The notes under the pieces were generated by a model that saw only the letters and a list, made by a program, of their open reading frames with translations, made no database searches and was not told the DNA's origin. Positions 18,976 through 28,634 of a DNA stretch of 64,000 nucleotides are shown piece by piece. The position numbers and the translations under genes were made by a program. The stretch is from contig CAVOFT010000001.1 of assembly GCA_963695095.1 (NCBI GenBank), positions 2,848,001 to 2,912,000 on the forward strand. Reading direction: 5' to 3'. Source of the DNA: an uncultured bacterium. Lineage in GTDB: Bacteria; Krumholzibacteriota; Krumholzibacteriia; JACNKJ01. Each line of letters begins with the position of its first letter. Position 1 is the first letter of the stretch.

Positions 18976-20354
18976 GACAGCTCGTTCTCTTGCTGCTGCT
19001 CGCCCTGCTCGTCTGGCTGGCCGAACGCGCCTTCCTCCCGATGGCTGGCCTGCCGACGGGCCAGGCCAGCGTCGCGCTGGGCTTCCTGCTCCTTGCGGCT
19101 TACCTGCTCGGCGAACTGGCCGCGCAACTGCGACTGCCGCGCCTGTCCGGCTACCTCATCGCCGGACTGCTCGCCGGACCGGATCTGCTGGGGCTGGTGA
19201 GCCGGGAGAGCCTGCAGCGCCTGGAGGCCATCGACGGGCTGGCCCTCACCTTCATCGCGCTCAGCGCCGGCGGCGAACTCGAGCTGCGCGCCCTCAGGCG
19301 GGGCCGGCGCTTGCTCGCCTGGGGACTCGTCTGCCAGCTCGGCCTCATCTTCGTCGCCACGGCCCTGCTGGTGCTCGCGATCAGCCCCCTCTTTGCCTTC
19401 ACGCGCGGCATGGAGAGGACGCAGCTCTGGCTCGTGGCCGCCCTGCTCGGCGCCCTCGCCACGGCACGCAGCCCGGCCAGCGCCATCGCGATCGTCAAGG
19501 AGCTGCGCGCGCAGGGGCCCTTCACGGAAGCCGTGCTCGGCCTCACGGTGGCGATGGACATCCTCGCCATCCTGCTCTTCGCCCTGGTCCTGAGCCTGGC
19601 CAGCGCGCTCCTGGCCGGCAGCCCGCTCGATCTGGCCTACCTGGGCGGCCTGCTCGCGGAGCTGGGCAGCAGCCTCGCCGTGGGCGCAGCGCTCGGCGTC
19701 GCCCTGTCGGCGTGGCTCCGCCGCCTGCGCAGTCACCATCTGCTCACCCTCTTCCTCGTCGCCATCGTCGTCAGCGAGACCAGCCAGGCCCTCACGCAGT
19801 GGCTGGATGCGCGCTTCGGGGCCAGCTTTCACCTGGAGCCGATGCTGATCTGCATCGCCATGGGCTTCGTCGTGCGCAACTTCAGCCGGCAGGGCGACGT
19901 CTTCCTGCACGCCATCGAACGCGGCGGCTTGACGGTCTTCGCGGTCTTCTTCGCCATGGCCGGCGCCGCCCTGGACCTGCAGACGCTGCGCGCGACCTGG
20001 CCGATCGCGCTGGCGCTCGTGGCGATCCGCTTCGGCGCCGTCCAGTTCAGCAGCGCCCTGGCGGCCCGGCTGGCCGGCGCCGATCGCCTGACGCAGCGGA
20101 AGCTCGGCCTCGGCTTCATCACGCAGGCGGGCGTGAGCCTGGGCCTTGCCCGCGCCCTGGCCCTGCGCTTTCCCGACTGGGGCCCGGCCGTGGCCACGGT
20201 GGCCGTGGCGAGCATCGGGCTCAATCAGCTGCTGGGACCGGTGCTGCTCAAGTCGGCCCTGGAGGCGACCGGCGAGGCGGGCGCCGCGGGCGCGCCGGAG
20301 CGGGAGCTGCCGCCGCGCTCGCGCGCGGCGCCGGCGCCGCCGCTCGTGGACTGA
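18972..20354 (+). CDS. Cation:proton antiporter (CPA2/Na+/H+ exchanger family)
   Basis: LPRLSGYLIAGLLAGP, FIALSAGGEL, ARSPA.AIAIVKE..A.GPF, FFAMAGA, TQAGVSLGLA. Confidence 0.85.
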   Translation: MRQLVLLLLLALLVWLAERAFLPMAGLPTGQASVALGFLLLAAYLLGELAAQLRLPRLSGYLIAGLLAGPDLLGLVSRESLQRLEAIDGLALTFIALSAGGELELRALRRGRRLLAWGLVCQLGLIFVATALLVLAISPLFAFTRGMERTQLWLVAALLGALATARSPASAIAIVKELRAQGPFTEAVLGLTVAMDILAILLFALVLSLASALLAGSPLDLAYLGGLLAELGSSLAVGAALGVALSAWLRRLRSHHLLTLFLVAIVVSETSQALTQWLDARFGASFHLEPMLICIAMGFVVRNFSRQGDVFLHAIERGGLTVFAVFFAMAGAALDLQTLRATWPIALALVAIRFGAVQFSSALAARLAGADRLTQRKLGLGFITQAGVSLGLARALALRFPDWGPAVATVAVASIGLNQLLGPVLLKSALEATGEAGAAGAPERELPPRSRAAPAPPLVD

Positions 20355-20373
20355 GCGCGGAGCGCCTCCGGCC

Positions 20374-22969
20374 TCAGTCCTCCGGCCCGGCGAGCGGGTC
20401 CATATCGGCCGCCCGCAGCCAGTCGGCGGTGAAGACCTCGGCGAGATAGGCGAAGAGCGCCTGCGAGTCGATCGATAGGCCCAGCTCGCGGTTCATGCGG
20501 CTGGCCGTCTCGCTGCCGTTGGCGCTGCCCACGTGGCACCAGTGGGCGCCGCCCGCCTTGACGAGCAGCATCTTGTTGTGGATGGGCGCGCTGCGGCCCG
20601 CCCGCTCGCCGGGCAAGCTGCCCAGCGCGACGTGGAGATCGAGTTCCTCCTCCCCGGCAATCGCGTTGAAGCGCTCGACGGTGAGGCGATTCTTGGCGCC
20701 GTCCTCGTCGTCGCCGGTGCCGCTGAGGAGCACGCGGACCCGGGCCCCCCGCCTGGCCGCGGCCAGGTAGGCCTCCAGCCGCGGATTGGGCGCGCGGCCC
20801 TCGCCGTAGCCCCACCAGGCGCGCTCGTACTGCTGCTCGACCAGGACCAGGTCGCCACGGCCGGCTTCCCGCAGGTGGCCCAGGTAGCCGCGATCGGGGC
20901 GCAGGGCGTTGTCCGGCGATTGGCTCAGCTCGAAGCGCGCCTGCTGCCGCTCGCTGAAGACTTCCGGCTGCACGGGCGCGTAGCCGGCGCGCGGGCTGCC
21001 CGGCCGCGGGGTCCGCTCCTCCAGCCCCTCCCGCGGCACGTAGCGGTGGATGTCGCGCTGGCGGTTGGGATCGAAGTCCGCCATCCACACGGCAATCGCC
21101 CGCTCGAGTACGCAGGGCGCATCGGTGACCAGGAAGGCGCCGCGCGCGCCGCTGGTCCCGTCGGCCATGTCGTCGTCGGGCAGGCTGCTCTGCGTGAAGT
21201 TGTCGCTGCCGAGGAGGAGCCGCCGCCGGTCGGCGATGATGAACTTCTGATGGCAGTGGTTGTAGCGGTCGGGAATGATCGGCGTCCATGCCCGTGTGGC
21301 GCGGGTCGTCCCCGTTGCGCCAGAAGAAGACGGCGCCGCGGCCCGAGGGATGCTCGTCGATGCGCCGCGCGACGGCGCGCACCACGTCGTAAGTGCCGCC
21401 CCGGGCGCCGAACACCTCGCCGTCCAGGAGCATCGTCACGCGCACACCCCGTTCCATGGCCGCCACCAGTTCGTCCGCGAGCCCGGCGTGCGTGAACAGG
21501 TAGGTCTCGATCTCCAGGCTCGTGGTGGCGGCGCGCAGAAAGTCGCGCAGGCCCGCGAAGCTGTTGTCCGGCGAGACGAAGGCCGTCACCTCGGCGGTGG
21601 CGGCGCAGCGAGCCGTGTCGAGGAAGCGCTCGCGATCCCAGCCCGGGTAGGCGACGCCCATGCCGAGTTCGGGATCCAGGGCATCGCTGATCCAATCGGC
21701 GGCCGCGTTGGTGTCCAGACGACGGCCGCTCTCCAGGCTGCGCTTGCGCCAGAGCACCTGCCCCTCGGCGGGCAGGTAGTCGTTGAAGCGGAAGGGCTGG
21801 GCGGCCGGCCCCGACCAGCCCGACTGCGCCTCGGCCCAGCCCGCTTCCCAGACCAGCGCGTCGACCACGCGGCCCTGCTTGTTCAGCAGCACCAGCTCGT
21901 CGCCGCCGTTGTCGAGAATGAGCAGGCTATCGCCGGGCGTGGGCTGCCGATCGAAGGCGAAGTCCGGCGGGAAGCCGAACTCCCAGGTGAAGCGCTCCAT
22001 GTTGCGCGCGACGTGGATGACGGCGCCGGGCGCCAGCGTGCTCCCGGCCGGGAAGCGCCAGACGCCCTCGTTGTCCGTGACCGACCAGCCGTCCAGGCGC
22101 TGCTTGCGATCTCCGGCATTGACGAGAGCGAAGGACTCGCCGCCCTCGCCCTCCCCGGGCTCGGCGGCATCGTAGCAGACTTCGTCCAGAAGCAGGCGCG
22201 CGGCCGGTTGCTTGCCCCAGAGGCCGCCGGCCTTGGCTTCGCTGCTGCGGCCGCGGAAGGCCTGCTCCCGGGCGACGGGCTGCCGGCCCCGCTCGCCGCC
22301 TTCGACGCGCAGCCAGTCCTCGCTGGAGCGGGGGCGCAGATTCCAGTAGTCACTGCGACGTGCGAAGATGCCGCGCAGCCCGGGCAACTGGTCCCCTTCC
22401 CTCAGCACGGGATGCTGGCCGTCGGCGAGCTCGACGCCGAGCTCGCCGCCCTCGCCCGCCAGGGTGGCCAGCCAGGGCACGCCATTGGCGTCGCGGCGAA
22501 TGGCGACCACCGTCAGCGCCGGCAACTCCACGAGGCGATTGCCCCAGAGGGCCGGCTCGGCGATGAGATCGCCGGGCCGCGCCACCCAGCTCTTCTGCCG
22601 GCGCAGGCCCTGCTCCCGCAGGGGCTCCAGATCCCGCAGGGGATCCGCCACGGCCAGCACGGGGCCCTCGGGCTCCAGGCGCAGCAGTCCCGTCACCCGG
22701 ACGAGATCGCCCAGCTCGGCCGTGTGTTCCCCGCTGCTGACGCGCAGGCCGGGCAGGGGCCGCTCCTGGGGATCGGCCAGGTAGAGATCGCTGAAGAAGT
22801 CCCCGACCAGGACACCCGTCACGGTCAGCCGACGGCCCTCCCAGGCCCGGGCATCCAGGGCGAGCCCCGCATGGAGTTCGGTCCAGTCCGTGGGCGCCGG
22901 CTCCTCGGCGCGCAGCGCGGTGGCCAGGCTGATCAGGAGGGCGAAGAGGAAGCCAAGACGCGGGCGCAT
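20374..22969 (-). CDS. Secreted phospholipase D-family protein with OB-fold and lamin-tail domain (one frameshift near 21280)
   Basis: Signal peptide; LTD motifs (LDEVCYD...LDGWSVTD..LDNGGDELVL); FVSPDNS; HQKFIIAD...GSDNF and HNKMLLVK...GSANG. Confidence 0.8.
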
Positions 22970-23039
22970 CGCGAACCTCGCAGCTGATGGTCGGCTGGAC
23001 TCTAGCCCGCGCCGCCCCCGCGGGCAAGGGGTGGCTCAC

Positions 23040-23068
23040 TTGACAGCGGGGCGGCCAGCATCTACGAT
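23040..23068 (+). promoter_or_regulatory. Sigma70 promoter of the thiamine operon
   Basis: TTGACA (23040-45), 17-bp spacer, TACGAT (23063-68) immediately upstream of the riboswitch. Confidence 0.7.
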
Positions 23069-23081
23069 GACCCTGCAAGAT

Positions 23082-23155
23082 CCGTTGGGGGTGGCCACCG
23101 GCCTGAGATCAAACCCCTCGAACCTGATCCGGTTCACACCGGCGGAGGGAAACGG
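23082..23155 (+). ncRNA. TPP (thi-box) riboswitch
   Basis: P1 CCGTT/AACGG enclosing GGGGGTG..CTGAGA..ACCC..GAACCTGATCCGG..ACCGGCGGAGGGA; upstream of a thiamine pyrophosphokinase operon. Confidence 0.93.
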
Positions 23156-23248
23156 GTGCTATCGCATCTGCGGGGCATCCAATCGGGTGCCCCGTTATTG
23201 TGTCCGGGATCTTGCGGCAATGTTCACGCAAGCCACCGGAGGCGCATC

Positions 23249-25786
23249 ATGCGTACCGATCGCTGTCGCCTGGCGGTAGCCGCCGCCGCCTTCCTCGCTG
23301 CCCTGGCCATCGCCGGGGCCCTGACCGCCAGCGCGGAGCCGGACGCCGCCGCCGAGCTCATCCTCAGCGGTCGTCTGCTCGACGCCGGCACCGGCGCCCC
23401 CGTGCAGGCGGCCGCCCTCTTCGTGCCCGCGCTCGGCCTGCGGGCAACGAGCGACGCCGAGGGACGCTTCCGCCTCATCGATCCGCCGCGCGAGGCCTTC
23501 ACCCTCGTGATCAGCCACCTCGGCTACGAGCCGCGCGTGGTGCTGGTCGATGCCGCCCGCCGGGCGGGCGGTGAGCTCGAGCTGCGGCTCGCTCCCCTCT
23601 ACTACCGCGGGGAGAAGGTGGTCGTGACGGCATCGCGCTACAGCCCGCAGATCCACCTCACGCAGACCAATCTCACGCGCGAGCAGATCGCCACCGGTCC
23701 CGCCGAGAAGGACCTGCCGCTCCTGCTCGAAAGCACGCCCGGCCTCTACGCCGCCTCGGATGCGGGCAACGGCGTCGGCTACACCTACCTCAAGCTGCGC
23801 GGCTTCGACCAGAAGCGCATCGGCGTGATGATCAACGGCATTCCGCTCAACGACCCCGAGGACCACCAGGTCTACTGGCTGGACATGCCGGACCTGGCCG
23901 CCTCGCTGGAGGACGTGCAGGTGCAGCGCGGCGTCAGCAACTCGCTGGGCGGGATGAGCGCCATCGCCGGATCGGTGAACCTGGTCACGGAAGTGCTCGC
24001 CGACGAACGCGGCGGCCGCTTCGCGCTCGCCGGGGGCAGCTTCGGTACCGGGAAGCAGTCGCTGGCCTGGCAGAGCGGCCTCCTCGGCGGCCGCTTCGCG
24101 AGCGGCCTGCGCATCAGCCACGTGGCGAGCGACGGCTACCGCGAGCGCTCGGCGAGCGATCAGTGGGGCGTCTTCTGGAGCGGGCGCTACCTCACCCCCG
24201 GCAGTTCGACGCAGGTGAACATCTACACGGGCCGCGAGCTGACGCATCACGCCTGGTGGGGCCTGAGCCAGCGGCAGCTCATCGAGAACCGCCGTGGGAA
24301 TCCGGAGACCTATGCCAACGCGGTGGACGATTTCCGCCAGCCCCACTACGAGCTGCACCACCGCTGGGATCTGCGCGAGGGCTTCGAGCTGGCCAGCAGC
24401 TTCTACTGGATCCACGGCGAGGGCTTCTACGAGAACTTCAAGGCCGACGCCGATCCGGCCACCTACGCCCTGGACACGGCGCTCGGCGTGCCCGATTCGG
24501 TGCCCACGGACCTCGTCCGCCGCAAGTGGGTGGACAAGGATCAGCGCGGCCTGCTCAGCCGGCTCACCTGGACCAAGGGGCCGAGCCGGCTGATCCTGGG
24601 CGGCGACGTCTACGATTTCCATTCGCGGCACTGGGGCAATCTGCAGGCGGTCGAGGGCTTCGCGACGGATGCCGTCATCTACCTGCCGCCCTACCACGAG
24701 TACACGGGCGACAAGACGGCCTGGTCGCTCTTCGCCAACGAGCAGTTCACGCTCGGCCTGGGCCTGACGGCGCTCGTCGATCTCCAGTTCCAGCAGAAGG
24801 ATTACGACTTCTTCCAGCAGGCCACGGGCAACTTCCAGGGCGAGCTGCGCAACCGCTACCAGGTGGACTACCGCTTCTTCAACCCGAAGGGCGGCCTCCA
24901 CTGGCGGGCGCCGGGGACCCCCGGGGGCGGCGAGCTGGGCCTCTACGGCCACTTCGGCATCGCCCACCGCGAGCCGGCCGACAGCGAGCTCTTCGACGCC
25001 TGGTCGGACGGCAGCGATCTCGGCGCCGAACCCCTGTTCGCCACCGGGACGCCCTACTACGTCGGCAACGAGCTGCAGTACATCTTCTGGACGAATCCGC
25101 AGGTGGAGCCCGAGTCCGTGCGCAACTACGAGGCCGGGGCTGCCTGGCGCAGCGAGGCCGTCTCGCTGGCGCTGAACGGCTACCTGATGGAATTCGAGCA
25201 CGAGATCGTCGACTACGGCGCCCTGACCGACGAGGGCCAGGGCGTGCGCGGCAATGCCGATCTCACCCTGCACCGCGGCCTCGAGCTCGGCCTCACGGCG
25301 CTGCTGAATCGGCTGCCCGGCCTCGCCGACCTGGCGGGCAGCCACCGGCTGGATGTGGCCTTCGCTCGCTCCTGGGACAAGTTCGAGCGCTTCTTCTTCT
25401 ACGAGGCGGACGGCACGCGGCTCAATCTCTCCGGCAATCCCATCGCCGGGACGCCGCAGCATCTCGCCACGCTCGCCCTCGACTCGGACTGGGGCCCCCT
25501 GACCAGCCGCTTCAGCCTGCGCAGCGCGGGCCGCCAGCACCTGGACTCCAGCGGTCTGGGCGCGCGCACGATCGACGGCTACCAGGTGCTCGACGTCGGC
25601 TTCACCCTGCGGCCGGCCGCCCTCGGCCTGGCGTCGCTGGCGGGGGCCGAGCTGGACCTCAAGCTCTACAACGCGCTCGACGTGGAGTACGAGACCTGGG
25701 GCTACTACGACGCCTGGGGCGAGGGCAACTACAAGGTGCCGGCGGCCAAGAGCCACTTCCTGGCGGGGGTACGCTACGCCTTCTGA
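23249..25786 (+). CDS. TonB-dependent receptor, probably for thiamine
   Basis: Signal peptide, CarboxypepD_reg-like N-domain, VVVTASR, SDAGNGVGYTYLKLRGFDQ.RI.V.INGIPLNDPE, C-terminal GVRYAF; under a TPP riboswitch. Confidence 0.92.
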   Translation: MRTDRCRLAVAAAAFLAALAIAGALTASAEPDAAAELILSGRLLDAGTGAPVQAAALFVPALGLRATSDAEGRFRLIDPPREAFTLVISHLGYEPRVVLVDAARRAGGELELRLAPLYYRGEKVVVTASRYSPQIHLTQTNLTREQIATGPAEKDLPLLLESTPGLYAASDAGNGVGYTYLKLRGFDQKRIGVMINGIPLNDPEDHQVYWLDMPDLAASLEDVQVQRGVSNSLGGMSAIAGSVNLVTEVLADERGGRFALAGGSFGTGKQSLAWQSGLLGGRFASGLRISHVASDGYRERSASDQWGVFWSGRYLTPGSSTQVNIYTGRELTHHAWWGLSQRQLIENRRGNPETYANAVDDFRQPHYELHHRWDLREGFELASSFYWIHGEGFYENFKADADPATYALDTALGVPDSVPTDLVRRKWVDKDQRGLLSRLTWTKGPSRLILGGDVYDFHSRHWGNLQAVEGFATDAVIYLPPYHEYTGDKTAWSLFANEQFTLGLGLTALVDLQFQQKDYDFFQQATGNFQGELRNRYQVDYRFFNPKGGLHWRAPGTPGGGELGLYGHFGIAHREPADSELFDAWSDGSDLGAEPLFATGTPYYVGNELQYIFWTNPQVEPESVRNYEAGAAWRSEAVSLALNGYLMEFEHEIVDYGALTDEGQGVRGNADLTLHRGLELGLTALLNRLPGLADLAGSHRLDVAFARSWDKFERFFFYEADGTRLNLSGNPIAGTPQHLATLALDSDWGPLTSRFSLRSAGRQHLDSSGLGARTIDGYQVLDVGFTLRPAALGLASLAGAELDLKLYNALDVEYETWGYYDAWGEGNYKVPAAKSHFLAGVRYAF

Positions 25787-25814
25787 TCCGCGGCATCCGG
25801 CCAACATCGCGCGC

Positions 25815-26516
25815 ATGCTCTTCCCCAAGCTGGGGCGGCGGGCGGTGCTGCTCTGCGACGGTCCACAACCGCCTTTCGCGGTGCTCCGGCACTGGCTCGC
25901 GGAGGCGGACATCTTCCTCTGCGCGGACGCCGCCGGCCGCCCCTACCGGCGCCTGCCGCGCTTGCCGGACCTGGTGATCGGCGACTTCGACTCGCTGCGC
26001 CGGGACGACAGCGCCCACTTCGAGCAGGGTCCCACGGGCGACCGCGTCGACGGCCTGCCGGCCCTGCACGTCGCCGAGCAAGAGAGCACGGACTCGGAGA
26101 AGGCCCTGATGTGGGCGCTCAAGCACTTCTTCGCCGAGGCAGTGCTGCTGGGCGCCACCGGCGCGCGCCTGGACCACAGCTTCTTCAACGTCTCGCTGGT
26201 CGAGCGCTTCGCCGATCGCATGAGCGTCTGCCTGGCCGACGAGTACAGCGTGAGCATCCGCCTGGCGCCGCAGTCCTTCACCCACTGGCAGCTGCCGGTG
26301 GGCACCGGTTTCTCGCTGATCCCTCTGGCCAGCCCCGTCCAGGAGGTGAACCTGGCCGGTGCCGCCTATCCCCTGCACGACGCCCGCCTGGCGCCGGGCG
26401 GCCCGGCCACCGTCTCCAATCGCGTGGTGGATCCGCCGCTCGGCATCCGCGTGGGGCAGGGCTCGCTCCTGCTCAGCGTCTCGCTGCTGCGCGATCGCGA
26501 CCAGCGCTGGAGCTGA
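25815..26516 (+). CDS. thiN: Thiamine pyrophosphokinase
   Basis: CADAAG, PDLVIGDFDS, EQESTDSEKA, LLGATGARLDH, YPL, VSN motifs. Confidence 0.9.
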   Translation: MLFPKLGRRAVLLCDGPQPPFAVLRHWLAEADIFLCADAAGRPYRRLPRLPDLVIGDFDSLRRDDSAHFEQGPTGDRVDGLPALHVAEQESTDSEKALMWALKHFFAEAVLLGATGARLDHSFFNVSLVERFADRMSVCLADEYSVSIRLAPQSFTHWQLPVGTGFSLIPLASPVQEVNLAGAAYPLHDARLAPGGPATVSNRVVDPPLGIRVGQGSLLLSVSLLRDRDQRWS

Positions 26517-26520
26517 AGCG

Positions 26521-27900
26521 GTGACTGCTGCAGCAATCGCCGTCTACGCGCTCTTCCTGGTCTTCGTCGTCGCCCGCTACTTCCGGCCGCGCGTGGACGA
26601 CGAGGGCGACTACCTGCTGGCGGGCCGCTCGCTCACCCTGCCCGCCTTCGTGGCCTCCACGGTATCGAGCTGGTACGGGGGCATCCTCGGCGTCGGCGAG
26701 TACAGCTACAGCTACGGCCTCGCCAACTGGCTCGTCTTCGGCGTGCCCTATTATCTCTACGCGCTCATCTTCGCCCTCTTCCTGGCCGGGCGGGCCCGGC
26801 GCTCGCCCGCCTTGACCATCCCCGATCAGCTTCGCGCCCGCTATGGTCCGGCCGTCGCCCTCACCGGCAGCATCGTCGTCTTCGTGATGACGGCCCCGGC
26901 CGCCTACATGCTCGCCCTCGGCGTGATCATCAGCCAGCTCACCGGGCTGCCGCTCCTGCCCGCGCTCCTCGCCGGGACGCTCTTCAGCCTGGTCGAGATC
27001 TACCGGGGCGGCATGCGCGGCGTGATCTTCACGGACAAGGTGCAATTCGTGCTCATGTTCCTCGGCTTCGGCCTGCTCCTGAGCGCGGCCATGGTCAAGC
27101 TCGGCGGCCTCGGCTGGCTGGCCGCGCAGTTGCCACCCGGCCATCTGAGCGCCACGGGCGGTCAGGGCCTGCAGGCCGTGCTCGTCTGGTACTTCATCGC
27201 CAGCGCCACCCTGGTCGAACCGGTCTTCTACCAGCGCTGCTTCGCGGCCAAGGACGAGGCCACGGCCCGCCGCGGCCTGCTGATCGCCATCGGCTTCTGG
27301 ATGCTCTTCGACTTCCTGACCACCTTCTGCGGCCTCTATGCGCGCGTCGCCCTGCCGGAGCTGGCCGCGGCGGGCGGGCCGGGCGCCGAGGCCGCCTATC
27401 CGCTGCTCGCCCAGAAGCTACTGCCGCCCGTGGCGCAGGCGCTCTTCACGGTGGGCATGCTGGCCACCGTGATGAGCACCATCGACAGCTATGCCTTCCT
27501 GGCTGCGATCACCTTCGGCCGGGACATCCTCTGGCGGCTGCGCGGCGAACGGGGCAGCGCCACCCGTTACAGCCGCCTGGGCATGCTCGTGACGGCGATC
27601 CTCAGCGTGGGCCTCGCGCTCTGGCGGGAGTCCATCGTCGGCCTCTGGCACGACCTGGGCAGCATCGGCACGCCCGCCCTGCTATTCCCGCTCGCCCTCA
27701 GCTTCCGCGCGCGGGCGCCGGCGCCGGCCTGGATCCTCGCCGCCATGCTGGCGGGAGGCGGCGTGAGTCTGGGCTGGGTGATCGTCGAGGCCGTGACCGG
27801 CCTCTACCCGCTCGGGATCCGGCCCATCTTCCCGGGCCTCGTCCTCAGCGGACTGCTCACGGCGATTGCGCTGCGGCGGGGTCCAGGCCCGTCAGGCTGA
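26521..27900 (+). CDS. Sodium:solute symporter (candidate thiamine importer)
   Basis: DYLLAGRSL, TIPDQL..RYG, GGMRGVIFTD.VQF, YQRCFAAKD, ATVMSTIDS; in the TPP operon. Confidence 0.88.
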   Translation: MTAAAIAVYALFLVFVVARYFRPRVDDEGDYLLAGRSLTLPAFVASTVSSWYGGILGVGEYSYSYGLANWLVFGVPYYLYALIFALFLAGRARRSPALTIPDQLRARYGPAVALTGSIVVFVMTAPAAYMLALGVIISQLTGLPLLPALLAGTLFSLVEIYRGGMRGVIFTDKVQFVLMFLGFGLLLSAAMVKLGGLGWLAAQLPPGHLSATGGQGLQAVLVWYFIASATLVEPVFYQRCFAAKDEATARRGLLIAIGFWMLFDFLTTFCGLYARVALPELAAAGGPGAEAAYPLLAQKLLPPVAQALFTVGMLATVMSTIDSYAFLAAITFGRDILWRLRGERGSATRYSRLGMLVTAILSVGLALWRESIVGLWHDLGSIGTPALLFPLALSFRARAPAPAWILAAMLAGGGVSLGWVIVEAVTGLYPLGIRPIFPGLVLSGLLTAIALRRGPGPSG

Positions 27901-28573
27901 TGCTGCCGTCCTCCCAGTTCGCCGGCTCGCTCCAGAAGGGCAGGCTCTGCTGGAGGAAGTCCTCCGTGGCGGCGATGGCCGCCTCGATGAGGGGATCCGC
28001 TTCGCCCGGGCGGGGCGCCCACTGGGCATGGCCCTCACGCAGCATGAGCCAGGATCCAGGCAGCTCGCTGCGCCCGCGCACGCCATAGCGACGGAGCTCC
28101 AGATCGGTGGGCGCCTCGGCCAGGCGGACGACCAGCTGCAGCTCGCACAGACGGCGGTCGACCGGCGCCGCCTCGCTGCGCAGGACGAGCTGTTCCACGA
28201 CGACGGTCAGGTGCAGGACCGGGCGGCCCGCGACCGGCTGCGTGTTGAAGCCGAAGGACTGCAGGTTGCGCGCGAGCGTGTCACGGAGGCGCAGGCTGGG
28301 ATCGGCGTAGGGCAATCGGCGCAGGGCCTCGTCACCGGGCAGATCGGGCGCGCGCAGCTCCCAGCGCAATGGGCTGAAGGCACCCAGGCGCTCGTCGGTG
28401 GGCAGTTCCACCTGGTCGAAGCGCAGGGCCGGCAGCTGCTCGGCCCGCTCCAGGTACTCCAGGCGCAGCAGGGTGAGGCCCTCGGGATCGAGCCGCAGCC
28501 CTCCACCCGCGGGGCGGCAGGCAAGCGCGGCCAGGAGGGAGCAGCCGATCAGGACGCGAGCGGGCGACAGCAT
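27857..28573 (-). CDS. Hypothetical lipoprotein
   Basis: Lipobox LLAALAC after ATG 28573; normal codon usage; 44-bp convergent overlap with the SSS gene. Confidence 0.6.
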   Translation of the reverse strand: MLSPARVLIGCSLLAALACRPAGGGLRLDPEGLTLLRLEYLERAEQLPALRFDQVELPTDERLGAFSPLRWELRAPDLPGDEALRRLPYADPSLRLRDTLARNLQSFGFNTQPVAGRPVLHLTVVVEQLVLRSEAAPVDRRLCELQLVVRLAEAPTDLELRRYGVRGRSELPGSWLMLREGHAQWAPRPGEADPLIEAAIAATEDFLQQSLPFWSEPANWEDGSISLTGLDPAAAQSP

Positions 28574-28634
28574 GCCTCGATTATCGCGCGATCGCCCGCC
28601 GCAATCCAGCCCTCTTCGCCCGGCGCCGGCCGGC

